A stretch of 64,000 bases of DNA, taken from Bdellovibrionales bacterium (GTDB taxonomy: Bacteria > Bdellovibrionota > Bdellovibrionia > Bdellovibrionales > UBA1609). The notes beneath the pieces were generated by a model. The model was not told the origin of the DNA. It ran no database searches and saw nothing but the letters and a program-made list of their open reading frames with translations. The stretch spans positions 1,280,362 to 1,344,361 of the forward strand of contig OZ241329.1 of NCBI GenBank assembly GCA_965199825.1. Direction: 5' to 3'. Positions 44,701 through 54,300 of this stretch are shown here, in pieces; positions within the stretch are counted from its first letter, which is position 1; every line of letters begins with the position of its first letter. Both the position numbers and the translations under genes were made by a program.

Positions 44701-46655
44701 GTATTCTCGAGACGCAAGTTTGACGAATTTGATTTTAAGACAATGTCACCGTCATTGGTTGTATTTGTCCATGCACCATTGCCAACGGCCACACCGAGGA
44801 CACCCTTTGAAGCCCCATTGGAATCTAAATTTATACCGACAGAATTTGTGCCATCAACTACAAGGCCGTCGTATTGACTGGTAGAAAAAACATGTAGCCG
44901 CTTAGCCGGCGAAGTTGTTCCAATACCAACATTGCCATTAGCAAGAAGTGTCATGACTGTCGTTTCAGCGTTTGGAGGGTCGCCGATTGCGGCTTTGAGA
45001 TTGATATCTAATCGAGTGTTTGGACCATACCCATTAGCAATACTATTCGCCGCGTAGGTTCCAAGTTTAAATGCTGCGGCTTGGGAATAAGAAATGCCAC
45101 CATTGGTCGGTCTTGAAATTTGAAATTCATTTTCGGTTCCTACACCAGCAGCGGCAAGAGACCCGCTAACGTCGAGCGCGGAGTTTGGTGAAGCTGTAGC
45201 AATACCAACTCTTCCACCACGAGGATTTAGGAGTAGAGGTTGGTAGCTTCCTATCTTTGATGAAGAAATATATGCGGCATCGACTGATCCATCATATCCC
45301 ATATATAAACTCTGACCGCTTGTACCGGTATTGATTGCAAAACCGTGAGCGCTTACTTCATACCCACTCGAGCTTGTATCTGCAGTGACTACCAGTTTGG
45401 AAATCGGAGCGTTGTCACCAATTCCTACGTTGCCGTTTGCGGTTACTGTCATGACGTCGCCGATGCCGCTGCGTAAATTTAGAATTCTATTGGTCGCACC
45501 GATGGAAGCTACATTCACAGCTAAACCGTTCGCGTGACTATCTGAAAATTCGTTATTCAAAATCCCCGCGGCATAGCCACCTCCAGAAGTTGCCCACGAG
45601 ATTCCGTTTGAATTTTCATATGAGGTGCTCGCATCGCCAATACCATACGGTGTATTTGCTAATTGGGTAGACGGTGCTGTCGTCCCAATCCCAACAGATC
45701 CATTTCCTAAAATTGTCATTTTCGTTGAAGGGGAGTTACTTGTAGTCCCGCTTGAGGTTGGCGTTGCAGTTTGAAATTGGATTGTCGAACCGCCAGCACC
45801 TGTAGATACCCCAGAAGACAAATTTAAAAATCCTCCACCTTTGTCACTTGAAGATAAGGTTGCGCCACCAGCCGTAACGCTCAAATTGTTGCCCGCACTA
45901 TTCGAAGTGGTCGAGCGCTCCATCGCAATATTGCGCGCGACATTGCCACCAAAACTCAAATCAGAACTAGGATTTGTCGTGCCCACACCAATTTTGCCTG
46001 AGCCTAAACTTAAATTTCCACCTGCAAGTCCAGCAAACGAAGTCGATGTTCCGTTGATCAAAGCGAGCAATTCCGCATAAGGCGTGCTCGCAAAGATCGC
46101 ATCCACTTTAGATTGGGTGGTGTCGCTGCTCGTTTGTATAAAACCCGATGAGGCTGCACTTGAAAGTCTCTCGGCTTCAAAGGCATACGGCACAGACTCA
46201 ATGACGTAAGGCGCAGAAAATGCCACCGTGTCGGGTCCATCAACAAAGCTCACATAAATGTTGCGTGAATCGGTCGGTTGCGGAGTGTAGGCGGTAGCAG
46301 TGGGTGCTCCCACGCAATTTAAACTCGAAAGTGTTCCGGCATTTTGAAAAGCACTGGAGACCGAAAGACCAAGATCATTCGATGTTCTTACACCTGTACC
46401 GAGCGTGACCGCAAAAATGCCGTTCGAGTTTGTCATGTTAAGAGGAAAAGTTTCTTCAAACAAAACACATTCGGGCCGTGAGTTCGCAATCGCCATGCTT
46501 GTGACACGGATAGTGAGATCCACCGTTGAGGACTCAACCACCACGCTGTCTTTTAAAAGTTGTCCTTGAAAGGTGATGCCTTGGGGGGCAGCAAAAGCAC
46601 CGCGGCTGATAATAAAGAGTGCGAGCCCAATCCTGAGCCCTTGTTTTAAATTCAT
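41739..46655 (-). CDS. giant fibre protein E (type-1 N-module, about 12 'GNVGIGTTSP' junctions, Hep_Hag-like repeats, no S74 domain)
   Basis: 1638 aa with signal peptide ending 'GAFA|APQG'. It has the family N-module and ends in a unique ~130-aa domain ('...YDCYVTWASGYQ'). Confidence 0.85.
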   Translation of the reverse strand: MNLKQGLRIGLALFIISRGAFAAPQGITFQGQLLKDSVVVESSTVDLTIRVTSMAIANSRPECVLFEETFPLNMTNSNGIFAVTLGTGVRTSNDLGLSVSSAFQNAGTLSSLNCVGAPTATAYTPQPTDSRNIYVSFVDGPDTVAFSAPYVIESVPYAFEAERLSSAASSGFIQTSSDTTQSKVDAIFASTPYAELLALINGTSTSFAGLAGGNLSLGSGKIGVGTTNPSSDLSFGGNVARNIAMERSTTSNSAGNNLSVTAGGATLSSSDKGGGFLNLSSGVSTGAGGSTIQFQTATPTSSGTTSNSPSTKMTILGNGSVGIGTTAPSTQLANTPYGIGDASTSYENSNGISWATSGGGYAAGILNNEFSDSHANGLAVNVASIGATNRILNLRSGIGDVMTVTANGNVGIGDNAPISKLVVTADTSSSGYEVSAHGFAINTGTSGQSLYMGYDGSVDAAYISSSKIGSYQPLLLNPRGGRVGIATASPNSALDVSGSLAAAGVGTENEFQISRPTNGGISYSQAAAFKLGTYAANSIANGYGPNTRLDINLKAAIGDPPNAETTVMTLLANGNVGIGTTSPAKRLHVFSTSQYDGLVVDGTNSVGINLDSNGASKGVLGVAVGNGAWTNTTNDGDIVLKSNSSNLRLENTTNGIIAFDVGPNATALSEAMRITSSGNVGIGTTSPASTFDVNGAISLRGTIAPSVAPSAQARMYFDSTSNQLMLSQNGGAYGSLLNTSGNQTIAGTETFSGPVTASGTGTGLTVTNNSSMGGKLDVAGTANVGQLTVPNGPNSVINAFNNYGNGVLNISQGNGFNTVSIKSFGPSAFGGGDVAITNGNLLATGGSVGIGTTSPRYNLDISGVVSLGGPNGNLDPNLSPSIDLTKLEFQGKNLIGSNYSGGDGESDFIANRGYGTVGGFRFYDYSNTGTATPLMTIQGGGRVGIGTVTPNETLEVTGSLRVNSASSLVAGTFAGSIDNTVTVIPVSSTTGFGSSGILWLDSEAVSYTGLTSNSFTGVSRGQLGTSAVPHNGCLVRSSNLNILSNGTSAFTVMNDGSVQSNTSTSRGLASIALGYGSQTSGSNSVALGTANNASGYASLALGSSSQANGQSAVAIGSAVKAPAYNETVMGTYNTYGGETANAWVATDPLFVIGNGQSASTPSTAFQILKNGKVGIGTTSPTNTLSVVGGINADGLCISDLCMGTAYSHGYVTGNGFRLGEANGGANNYISSPINVGATAAPKSSLDVTGGMSVGSYAGVTAAPANGLIVSGNVGIGTTSPGAQLQVGASANTDLAVASNTSNKIYLGTYGDNFGLSSNRRISDGVVTDASKAQAQLLLTAAAGDGHIAFHTTNINNSYAPERMRVDSSGNVGIGTSNPQNNLDVSGSADVQGWMAIGGTAKAETSASDPTLTVYGNLDITSGGSLIYYGGGVRFYSNAGGISGNSGSTLNYNITNSAGSRLGVNTSSNTSTLDVAGSASFGTYGGVLAAPTNGMIVSGNVGIGTSSPTTALTVNGAIVSLQSSPSVTGSSPSWAANLAFSATNAFSISPTFAVANDTVALTFTGTPANGANYLISFKDTASINIVFSAASCGSIKYKPLSSAANTIVTTGSGGTLITMTTIYNGSTYDCYVTWASGYQ

Positions 46656-46679
46656 AATCTCTCCATAAATTATTTTTAT

Positions 46680-47057
46680 TTAACGAGCTTGAACCAATCT
46701 TTCCAATTGCTCGATCCGAGCTTTGAGCTCGGCTGATTCTTGTTTTGATTTTTGTTCTGCTTGTTCGAGATCTACGATTCGCTGTTTTAATTGCGTATTT
46801 TGACTATAAATCGTTTTTATTGACTCAATCACAGGAGCGATAAGGTGATCGTAGACAACCGATTTCAATCCTGACTCAGGATCGGTTTTTATCGATTGAG
46901 GATAAACCTTTTCGACATCTTGTGCGATCAATCCAATCTGCTCTTGATTTCCAAAATGCTCCTGGTCTTTCCAGTCGTAACTAACACCCTGAAGTTTTAA
47001 GATATTCTCGAGCGAATTTTGAAGTGGATCGATATTATTTTTTAGGCGCACGTCCGA
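46680..47057 (-). other. Peptidase_S74-type intramolecular chaperone/autoprotease domain plus coiled-coil tail (fibre D)
   Basis: 'SDVRLKNNIDPLQNSLENILKLQGVSYDWKD...IGLIAQDVEKVYPQSI...VVYDHLIAPVIESIK' has the Ser...Lys (S-D-x-R-x-K) dyad spacing known from endosialidase and tail-spike C-terminal chaperone domains. Confidence 0.8.
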
Positions 47058-50000
47058 GGGTGATGAACACCCAGTCGACGTGCAAACTTGAGTTCCGCCT
47101 ACGCGCAAAACATTTGTTGATGCGATATTGATGTCGCCGTTGACGTCAAGTTTGTAGGCGGGTGACGTGGTTCCGATACCGACGTTTCCGCTGACGATAA
47201 GCCCATTGGCTGGCGCAGCCGTTCCTGCATATGCTCCGATTGCGGCTTCGCCCGCAACATCAAGATGGTTCACTGGATAAATACTGATTCCGATATTATT
47301 ACTTTTTAAATAACTTGTTCCGCCGTAAGTGTTTCTAATTGTAACAGTCCCATCATATCCAAAAGCCAGTCCTGCACTCACAACTCCAGCGACATCAAGA
47401 GAATCATTAGGAGCGGTCGTCCCAATACCGACACGACCCGCCGAATAAGACAGATTCGAACCATTCTGATTCCAATAACTCGAAGTTGAAGTTCCAACAG
47501 GCACTCCATTGACGGTGAGCGATGTTGCGTTCACGGTGCCTGCGACATCAAGCTTTGTTGCCGGATTTGTTGTTCCAATTCCCACATTGCCGGTGCCATT
47601 CGGTTTGATAATAATATTGTGATTGGTTGCGCCACCGCCGCCATCGCTCGTTATAAACAAAGCTGAATTATACGTTGTGAGAGAAGCTGTATTTACACTT
47701 GAATCATAATTTGAAAACATAATTCCAGAATTCATTCTCAGGCTTCCATATTGATCAAATAGGGAGGTGCCCGCAGAACTCGTAAAGCTTGCCACATCTG
47801 TTCCGGTGGGGCTTGAGACTGAGAGTCTCGCCCCTGGATTTGATGTGCCTATGCCGACGTTGCCGGAAAAATAAGAAGGTGCTGTCGGATCGCTCGTGTA
47901 GATAGACCACTTGTTGGTTCCTTGGACTAAACCTGTGTACACACCATAGGCGGTTGAGATGACCGAACCTAGATTTTGGGTGACGGCAAAAGATCCACCA
48001 CTGGCAGTGGTAATACCACCAGTGCCTGACGTGTAGACTCCACCGTTGATTGCAGTCGCACTCCCAATTGTGGTGTTGTAGGCATTTTGCGCTTGTGCTT
48101 CGAAGCCACGAATAATTCCACTTGGAGAATTTGCTCCATTAAAACTGACTGTCGAATATCCTCCGCGGACAGTAGCAGTGGATGCACTGGATGGATAAAA
48201 ATTCTGATTCATAATAAACGCGTTGGAGCTTCCGGATGAAAGACTGACATTACCTCCCTCAACATCCAGCAAAGCAGAAGGGGCTGTTGTGCCTATGCCG
48301 ACGTTGCCGTTCGGCAGCATAGTCACGATATTTGAACCGTTGGTATTGAAATCGTATCCAGCATAGCTGGATTGAGATCCATTAAAGGTCAGTCTGCCCG
48401 TTGTTCCATTCCGGTTTAGAGAATATCCGTAGCCGGTTCCGTTATACAGACCGAGGCCAGCCCCAGCGACGATACTGCCGGTAAAACTAAAGTTTTGAAA
48501 GCCATCGGTGGAAATTGAGCTTGCTAAAGTGCCGTCTGAACGTTGTGTCTGGATAAGCGGTGAATTTGAATCAGCTATTTTAAAGACGGAGCCCGTAACC
48601 TTAACGCTTCCAGTGACATCCAGTGCTTGAGACGGGTTCGTAATACCGATCCCAACATTCCCACCAACAATCAACGACCCACCTATACTAGAATTATTTA
48701 CTACCGATAATCCAGTGCCTGTGCCACTTACTGTGACTGCGCCGGAAAAAGTTTCGGCTCCCGCTACAGTTTGACCACCTGAAGTACTAAGCAGAGAGCC
48801 GTAAGCTCCACCGTTCTGTGAAAGCATCAGTTGATTCGATGTCGAATCAAAATACATTCTGGCCTGTGCGGTTGGCGAAAGTGCTGGCGCCGACATCGCA
48901 TGCAGCGAAACCGCGCCATTAAGATCAAGAGTCGATGCGGGTGAGATTGTGCCGATGCCGACGTTGCCTCCGTTTGGATTTAATAAAATCGGGTAACTCA
49001 CACCAAAATTTCCACGATCGTGCCCTTGAAACCAAATACCATTTGGTGGCGATGCATAAGCTCCAATGTCTAATAGATTTCCATAGGCATAGCTGCCGCC
49101 GACTCGTAAAATTCCTACCGGGGCAGCTGCATTTCCATTGTAGTCGCTGGTCGTGCCAGCGATTTCAAGAGGGAGCGATGGGTGAGTTGTGCCGATTCCG
49201 ACATTCCCATCATTTCCGCTACCGGTCGTCTTGCTCCCAGGTTTTAGGAGTATGTGTCCGCCATTGCCGCCACCATTACCCCCACCATTTCCTGCAGTGA
49301 CAACAACACTTCCTCCGCTGCCGCTCAGTGATCCGTCTGCTGCGGTGATATTTATATTTGATGAAGCGTCTGAGGCTGAATTGCCGAAGAAGAGGGTCCC
49401 ACTTCTGATGTTAACTGCGCCTCCACCATAATTTCCGCCTCCAGCAGTTATGTTTACCGCACCACCACCGCCCGATCCGTTGCCAGCAGAAAGATTAAGA
49501 ACACCGCCAAGACCATTTGCTGATGAAGCACTGCTTGCCGCTCCTGCAGAGATGTTCACAGTACCAGCATTGCCATGGCCGGCTGCAGGATCTGTATTCG
49601 AACCTGCGGTGAGAGTTATATTTCCAGCAGTCGGTCCAGCATAAATATCGTTATTGCTCGAGCCTGCGACTAAAAAAATTGAAGCCGGGCTTGTACTTGT
49701 CGGAGCTCTCACATCTAGGATGCCTGCAGGATTTGTTGTGCCAATTCCCACATTCCCATTATACCCGATTCGCATTCTTTCTTGATTTAAACCAAAACTA
49801 TTTAAGACACCACTTGTTCTAAAAACAATATTGGTATTGTCGTCATCAAAATTGGATTGTCGAAGAACTCCAATCGACGCGAATGGTGAATTAGTGCTTT
49901 GGTTTGAGCCAAAAATAATATTTCCCATCGATGATCCGTCGTCAGGATTCCCATGCGTGTCATGTAAAAAGACTTGAGGGGAAGATGCGGTAACATCCAG

Positions 50001-51011
50001 AATACCAGTCGGATTTGTCGTGCCCACGCCCACATTGCCATTGCCCATTACTGTCATCTTAGTCGAAGGGGAGTGACTCGAAGTCCCCGAGCTCGCAGGC
50101 GAAGAAGTTTGAAATTGAATTGCAGAACTTCCGCCACCGGTTGCAATTCCAGATGAGAGATTGAGTGTTCCACCATTTTGATCGGTGCTTGATATGGTTG
50201 CTCCACCCGCAGACACAGTTAAATTATTTCCTTGTGAAGCGGTTGAGCGCTCCATTGCAATATTGCGCGCGACATTGCCGCCAAAACTTAAATCTGAACT
50301 TGGATTTGTCGTGCCCACACCAACGCGACCTGAAGTACCATTCACAAAAAAGTTGCCTGAACCAATATTGAGATTGCCGCTTGCGAGGCCCATAAATGAA
50401 TTTGATGTTCCATTGATCAGTGCCAGCAACTCGGTGTAAGCGCTTGAAGCCATGATGGCATCGACTTTAGATTGCGTTGTGTCGGTATTCGTTTGCAAAA
50501 AACCAGAAGAAGCCGCGCTCGAAAGTCTTTCAGCCTCAATCGCATAAGGCACAGACTGAATCACATAAGGTTGAGCAAAGGCCACGGTGTCGGGCCCGTC
50601 GACAAAGCTCACATAAATATTTCGTGAGTCGGTGGGGAGCGGAGAATATGCGGTGGCAGTTGGTGCGCCCACACAGTTTAAGCTCGACAATGTTCCGGTG
50701 TTTGCAAAAACATTTGGGATTGAAAGTCCAAGATCATTTGCGGTTCTCGTGCCCGTACCTAAGGTGACCAAAAATATTCCGTTGGATGCGGTCATATTTA
50801 AAGAATAGCTTTCTTCAAACACCGTACATTCGGGCCTCGTGCCCGCAATCGACATGCTGGTAATTCTAAAAGTGACATCGACGTTTGAGTCTTCGACCAC
50901 AACGCCGTCTTTTAGAAGTTGCCCTTGAAAAGTAATTCCTTGTGGGCCTGCTTTGGCGACTTTCCCTAAACAAAATAAGAGTAAACCAAAAATAAATTTA
51001 TTTTTTAACAT
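46680..51011 (-). CDS. giant fibre protein D (type-2 N-module, Gly-rich beta-helix-like segment, C-terminal S74 chaperone domain)
   Basis: 1443 aa with signal 'GKVAKA|GPQG'. It has the family N-module, 'GGGNGGGNGGHILLKPG' and the C-terminal 'SPSDVRLKNNIDPL...'. Confidence 0.85.
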   Translation of the reverse strand: MLKNKFIFGLLLFCLGKVAKAGPQGITFQGQLLKDGVVVEDSNVDVTFRITSMSIAGTRPECTVFEESYSLNMTASNGIFLVTLGTGTRTANDLGLSIPNVFANTGTLSSLNCVGAPTATAYSPLPTDSRNIYVSFVDGPDTVAFAQPYVIQSVPYAIEAERLSSAASSGFLQTNTDTTQSKVDAIMASSAYTELLALINGTSNSFMGLASGNLNIGSGNFFVNGTSGRVGVGTTNPSSDLSFGGNVARNIAMERSTASQGNNLTVSAGGATISSTDQNGGTLNLSSGIATGGGSSAIQFQTSSPASSGTSSHSPSTKMTVMGNGNVGVGTTNPTGILDVTASSPQVFLHDTHGNPDDGSSMGNIIFGSNQSTNSPFASIGVLRQSNFDDDNTNIVFRTSGVLNSFGLNQERMRIGYNGNVGIGTTNPAGILDVRAPTSTSPASIFLVAGSSNNDIYAGPTAGNITLTAGSNTDPAAGHGNAGTVNISAGAASSASSANGLGGVLNLSAGNGSGGGGAVNITAGGGNYGGGAVNIRSGTLFFGNSASDASSNINITAADGSLSGSGGSVVVTAGNGGGNGGGNGGHILLKPGSKTTGSGNDGNVGIGTTHPSLPLEIAGTTSDYNGNAAAPVGILRVGGSYAYGNLLDIGAYASPPNGIWFQGHDRGNFGVSYPILLNPNGGNVGIGTISPASTLDLNGAVSLHAMSAPALSPTAQARMYFDSTSNQLMLSQNGGAYGSLLSTSGGQTVAGAETFSGAVTVSGTGTGLSVVNNSSIGGSLIVGGNVGIGITNPSQALDVTGSVKVTGSVFKIADSNSPLIQTQRSDGTLASSISTDGFQNFSFTGSIVAGAGLGLYNGTGYGYSLNRNGTTGRLTFNGSQSSYAGYDFNTNGSNIVTMLPNGNVGIGTTAPSALLDVEGGNVSLSSGSSNAFIMNQNFYPSSASTATVRGGYSTVSFNGANSPSGIIRGFEAQAQNAYNTTIGSATAINGGVYTSGTGGITTASGGSFAVTQNLGSVISTAYGVYTGLVQGTNKWSIYTSDPTAPSYFSGNVGIGTSNPGARLSVSSPTGTDVASFTSSAGTSLFDQYGSLRMNSGIMFSNYDSSVNTASLTTYNSALFITSDGGGGATNHNIIIKPNGTGNVGIGTTNPATKLDVAGTVNATSLTVNGVPVGTSTSSYWNQNGSNLSYSAGRVGIGTTAPNDSLDVAGVVSAGLAFGYDGTVTIRNTYGGTSYLKSNNIGISIYPVNHLDVAGEAAIGAYAGTAAPANGLIVSGNVGIGTTSPAYKLDVNGDINIASTNVLRVGGTQVCTSTGCSSPSDVRLKNNIDPLQNSLENILKLQGVSYDWKDQEHFGNQEQIGLIAQDVEKVYPQSIKTDPESGLKSVVYDHLIAPVIESIKTIYSQNTQLKQRIVDLEQAEQKSKQESAELKARIEQLERLVQAR

Positions 51012-51020
51012 CTGTCATCC

Positions 51021-51395
51021 TTAACGCTTTTGATTGAGCTTTTCGAGTTGATCCATGCGTGACATCATCGCCGCAGTTTGTTCTTCGAGTTGGACTACGC
51101 GTTCCTTGAGGGCTTTGTTTTCTGTATCTAACGAAGTGATTCTTTCATAAATAGTTTTTATTGATTCAATCACAGGAGCGATAAGATGGTCATAAGCAAT
51201 AGACTTGTAACTTGAACGTAAATCGGTCTTAACCGCTTGGGGATATATTTTTTCGACATCTTGTGCGATCAAACCGATCTGTTCTTCTGCTCCGAATGAT
51301 TCTTGATTCCAGTGATAGCTTACACCTTGCAGCTGCAAGATTTTTGCAAGTGAATCTTCAAGTGGCTCAACATGGTTTTTGAGTCTGAGGTCTGA
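51021..51395 (-). other. S74-type intramolecular chaperone domain (fibre C)
   Basis: 'SDLRLKNHVEPLEDSLAKILQLQGVSYHWNQ...IGLIAQDVEKIYPQAV...IAYDHLIAPVIESIK' plus a heptad-like tail. Confidence 0.8.
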
Positions 51396-54300
51396 AGGTG
51401 AGGTGCAGCCACTTGATGAACAAACCGAATTTCCACCAAAGCGTAACACATTGGCCGAGGCGATATTGACATCACCGCTAACATCCAGTGTGTAGGCGGG
51501 CGAAAGGGTTGCGATTCCAACATTTCCATTGCCCGCAGGTTTTATAATAATATTTTTAGAAGGGGATTGCTGATAGCCCGAAGTGATATACAGATCGTTA
51601 AAAGCCGAATAAGCAAAACTACTTATATTTGCATCGTAGCCAGCAACTAAATTCGCGTTAAATATGGACACACCGTATTGATTTACTCGAAATGCATCGC
51701 CGTATTGAGATGCTATAAATAGCGCGTCAGTTCCAGCGTCGGACACAATATTTAATTTTGCAGATGGAGTCAGCGTACCGATCCCGACATTCCCACCTTT
51801 TGGATTCAACAGTATTGGATAGGTGGCCCCAAAATTTCCGCGGTCGTGGGCTTGAAACCAAATTCCGTTGGGGTAAGCGGCATACGCACCAATGTCTAAA
51901 AGATTTCCGTATCCATTACTGCTTTCTATTCGGAGCATTCCTGCAGGACTAATCTCACTGCCATTCGAATCTAAAGTGCTGCCTGCAATATCGAGAGGAA
52001 GTTTTGGGTTGATTTTACCGATGCCGACGTTGCCCGCCGGTGCCGCGAGCGTTCCGTTCATTCCGGTTGCGAAAATCACGTTGCCGATATTTAAATAATT
52101 GCTTGTTGCTGCAAGTGGAGTATCGACCGAGTTTCCAATCAAAATATTTGATGATCCCGATTGAAGAGTTGCTGAGCCAACTCCGTTTCCAACTAAAATA
52201 TTGTCACTTCCGCTAACGTTCGTGCTTCCGGATGATGCGCCAAGAGCAGTATTTCGTGATCCTGTTGTATTGATGAGAGAGTTCCATCCAACAGCAGTGT
52301 TATAATTGGTGGTTGTCACATTTTGAAGTGCGGAGGCACCGAGTGCGGTATTTTGCGAACCTGTGGTCACTCTGTATGCTGTGTTTAACCCTAAGGCTGT
52401 GGTGTTATTTGCTGTACTCAATACCGTGCACGAACCATTACCCACACACGCATTATTTCCACCAGAATTGACATTGGTGAGTGATTTAAATCCAATCGCT
52501 AAATTATTTGATCCGGTCAGTGGACTGCCCGAACCCATGGCGTAAGTGCCGATGGCAATGTTATACGAGCCTGTTCCGCAGGTGCCAGTAGTCTGGTTTT
52601 TAAGTGCGTTGTTTCCGATTGCGATACTCGAACCTGCTGGCGTGCAGCTGTCTGGAGGTAAACTAAAAGCATTTAATCCATTGACTGAGATCGTGCCATT
52701 GACGTCAAGTGAGCTTGCGGGTGATGTTGTGCCGATTCCGACATTACCATTTGATAAAACTCGAATTCGCTCGGTGGCATTCGACGAGATCGCTGCGCCA
52801 TTTGCATCGTAATAAAATCCATTGCCGTAATTTCCAAAATTCACCGCATTGGGTGCGCCGTAGCCCGAGGTGAATCTCCAGGCTGTGATTCCGCCATTAA
52901 TTTGAAAATCATCTACTGGACTTGTTGTTCCGACCCCAACTTTCCCGGATTGAGTTATTGTCACTATTTTTGTTCCGTCATTCAGTTGAAAACTGAGCGC
53001 ATCGTTATTGATCGTATCGTCGGCGATAAGAAAATATTTGCTTGCACCGGTTCTTTTCAAACCGATGCTTGGCCCCACAAGCGATGTTGGAGCGCCAGAA
53101 TATTCAAGTAGGACAGTAGAGTTGCCAGCATATGCAGAGAGTGTGTGGAGTGACGATCCGTCGGTCATTGAGTTGGTACCGATACCTAGGCCTGCCATTC
53201 GCCCAATTCCGTAGACGTCTAACAAAGCGGAGGGCGAGGTTGTCCCAATTCCCACGCTTCCATTTTCCACTACACGCAATACTGAAGTGCCTCCAGAGGA
53301 TAGATCAATCTGGCCGACTAAAGGTGTGGAGCCATTTAAAAATTTTAAAGCTGCGGTTTGAGTCGAGCCCACGTACTGCAACATTCCTCCTGTTACAGTA
53401 TACGGAGTTCCGATCCCACTCCCACTTTCATAGTAGTGTACTGATCCTCCATCTGAGCTATTGTTGACAAAAGAAGCCAACCCACTCCGTCCACCATACC
53501 CATCAGTAGATAAAAATTGTTTAGCGCTGGTTGTTCCCATCACTTGAAGAGTGGAAACAGGGGTGGTTGTCCCTATCCCTACATTTCCATTGGACAACAA
53601 CGTCATGACATTGTAATCACCAGTGGCTGAAATGTTGGCCGTTGATTTTAAGTTAATATCTAACTCAGTTGTTGGCCCATATCCGTTGGTATAACTACCG
53701 AGTTTAAATGTCGCAACATTGGGCCATGCGACCCCGGAATTTAGCGGACGAATCAATTGGAGAATATTACTTGTGCTCGCTAGATTCGAGGCTGTTGAAC
53801 CTTGAATTTCCAAATTAGCTTGCGGTGTCGTCGTCCCAATCCCCACATTCCCATTCCCCAAAACAGTCATCTTAGTCGAAGGGGAGTTACTCAAAGTCCC
53901 CGATGAAGCAGGCGAGGATGTTTGAAATTGAATCGCCGATGAACCTGCGCCCGTCGAAATTCCAGATGAGAGATTCAGTGTTCCACCATTTTGATCGGTA
54001 CTTGATGTGGTCGCACCACCCGCAGACACAGTTAAATTATTTCCCTGCGATGAAGTCGCGCGCTCCATCGCAATCGTTCGCGCAACATTGCCACCAAAAC
54101 TAAGATCTGAACTGGGATTCGTCGTGCCCACACCAATTCTGCCTGAGCCCAAATTTAGATTTCCACCCGCAAGGCCTGCAAACGAAGTCGATGTTCCATT
54201 GATCAACGCGAGCAACTCCGCATAAGGCGTGCTCGCAAAGATCGCATCCACTTTAGATTGAGTGGTGTCGCTGCTGGTTTGCAAAAATCCTGATGAAGCT

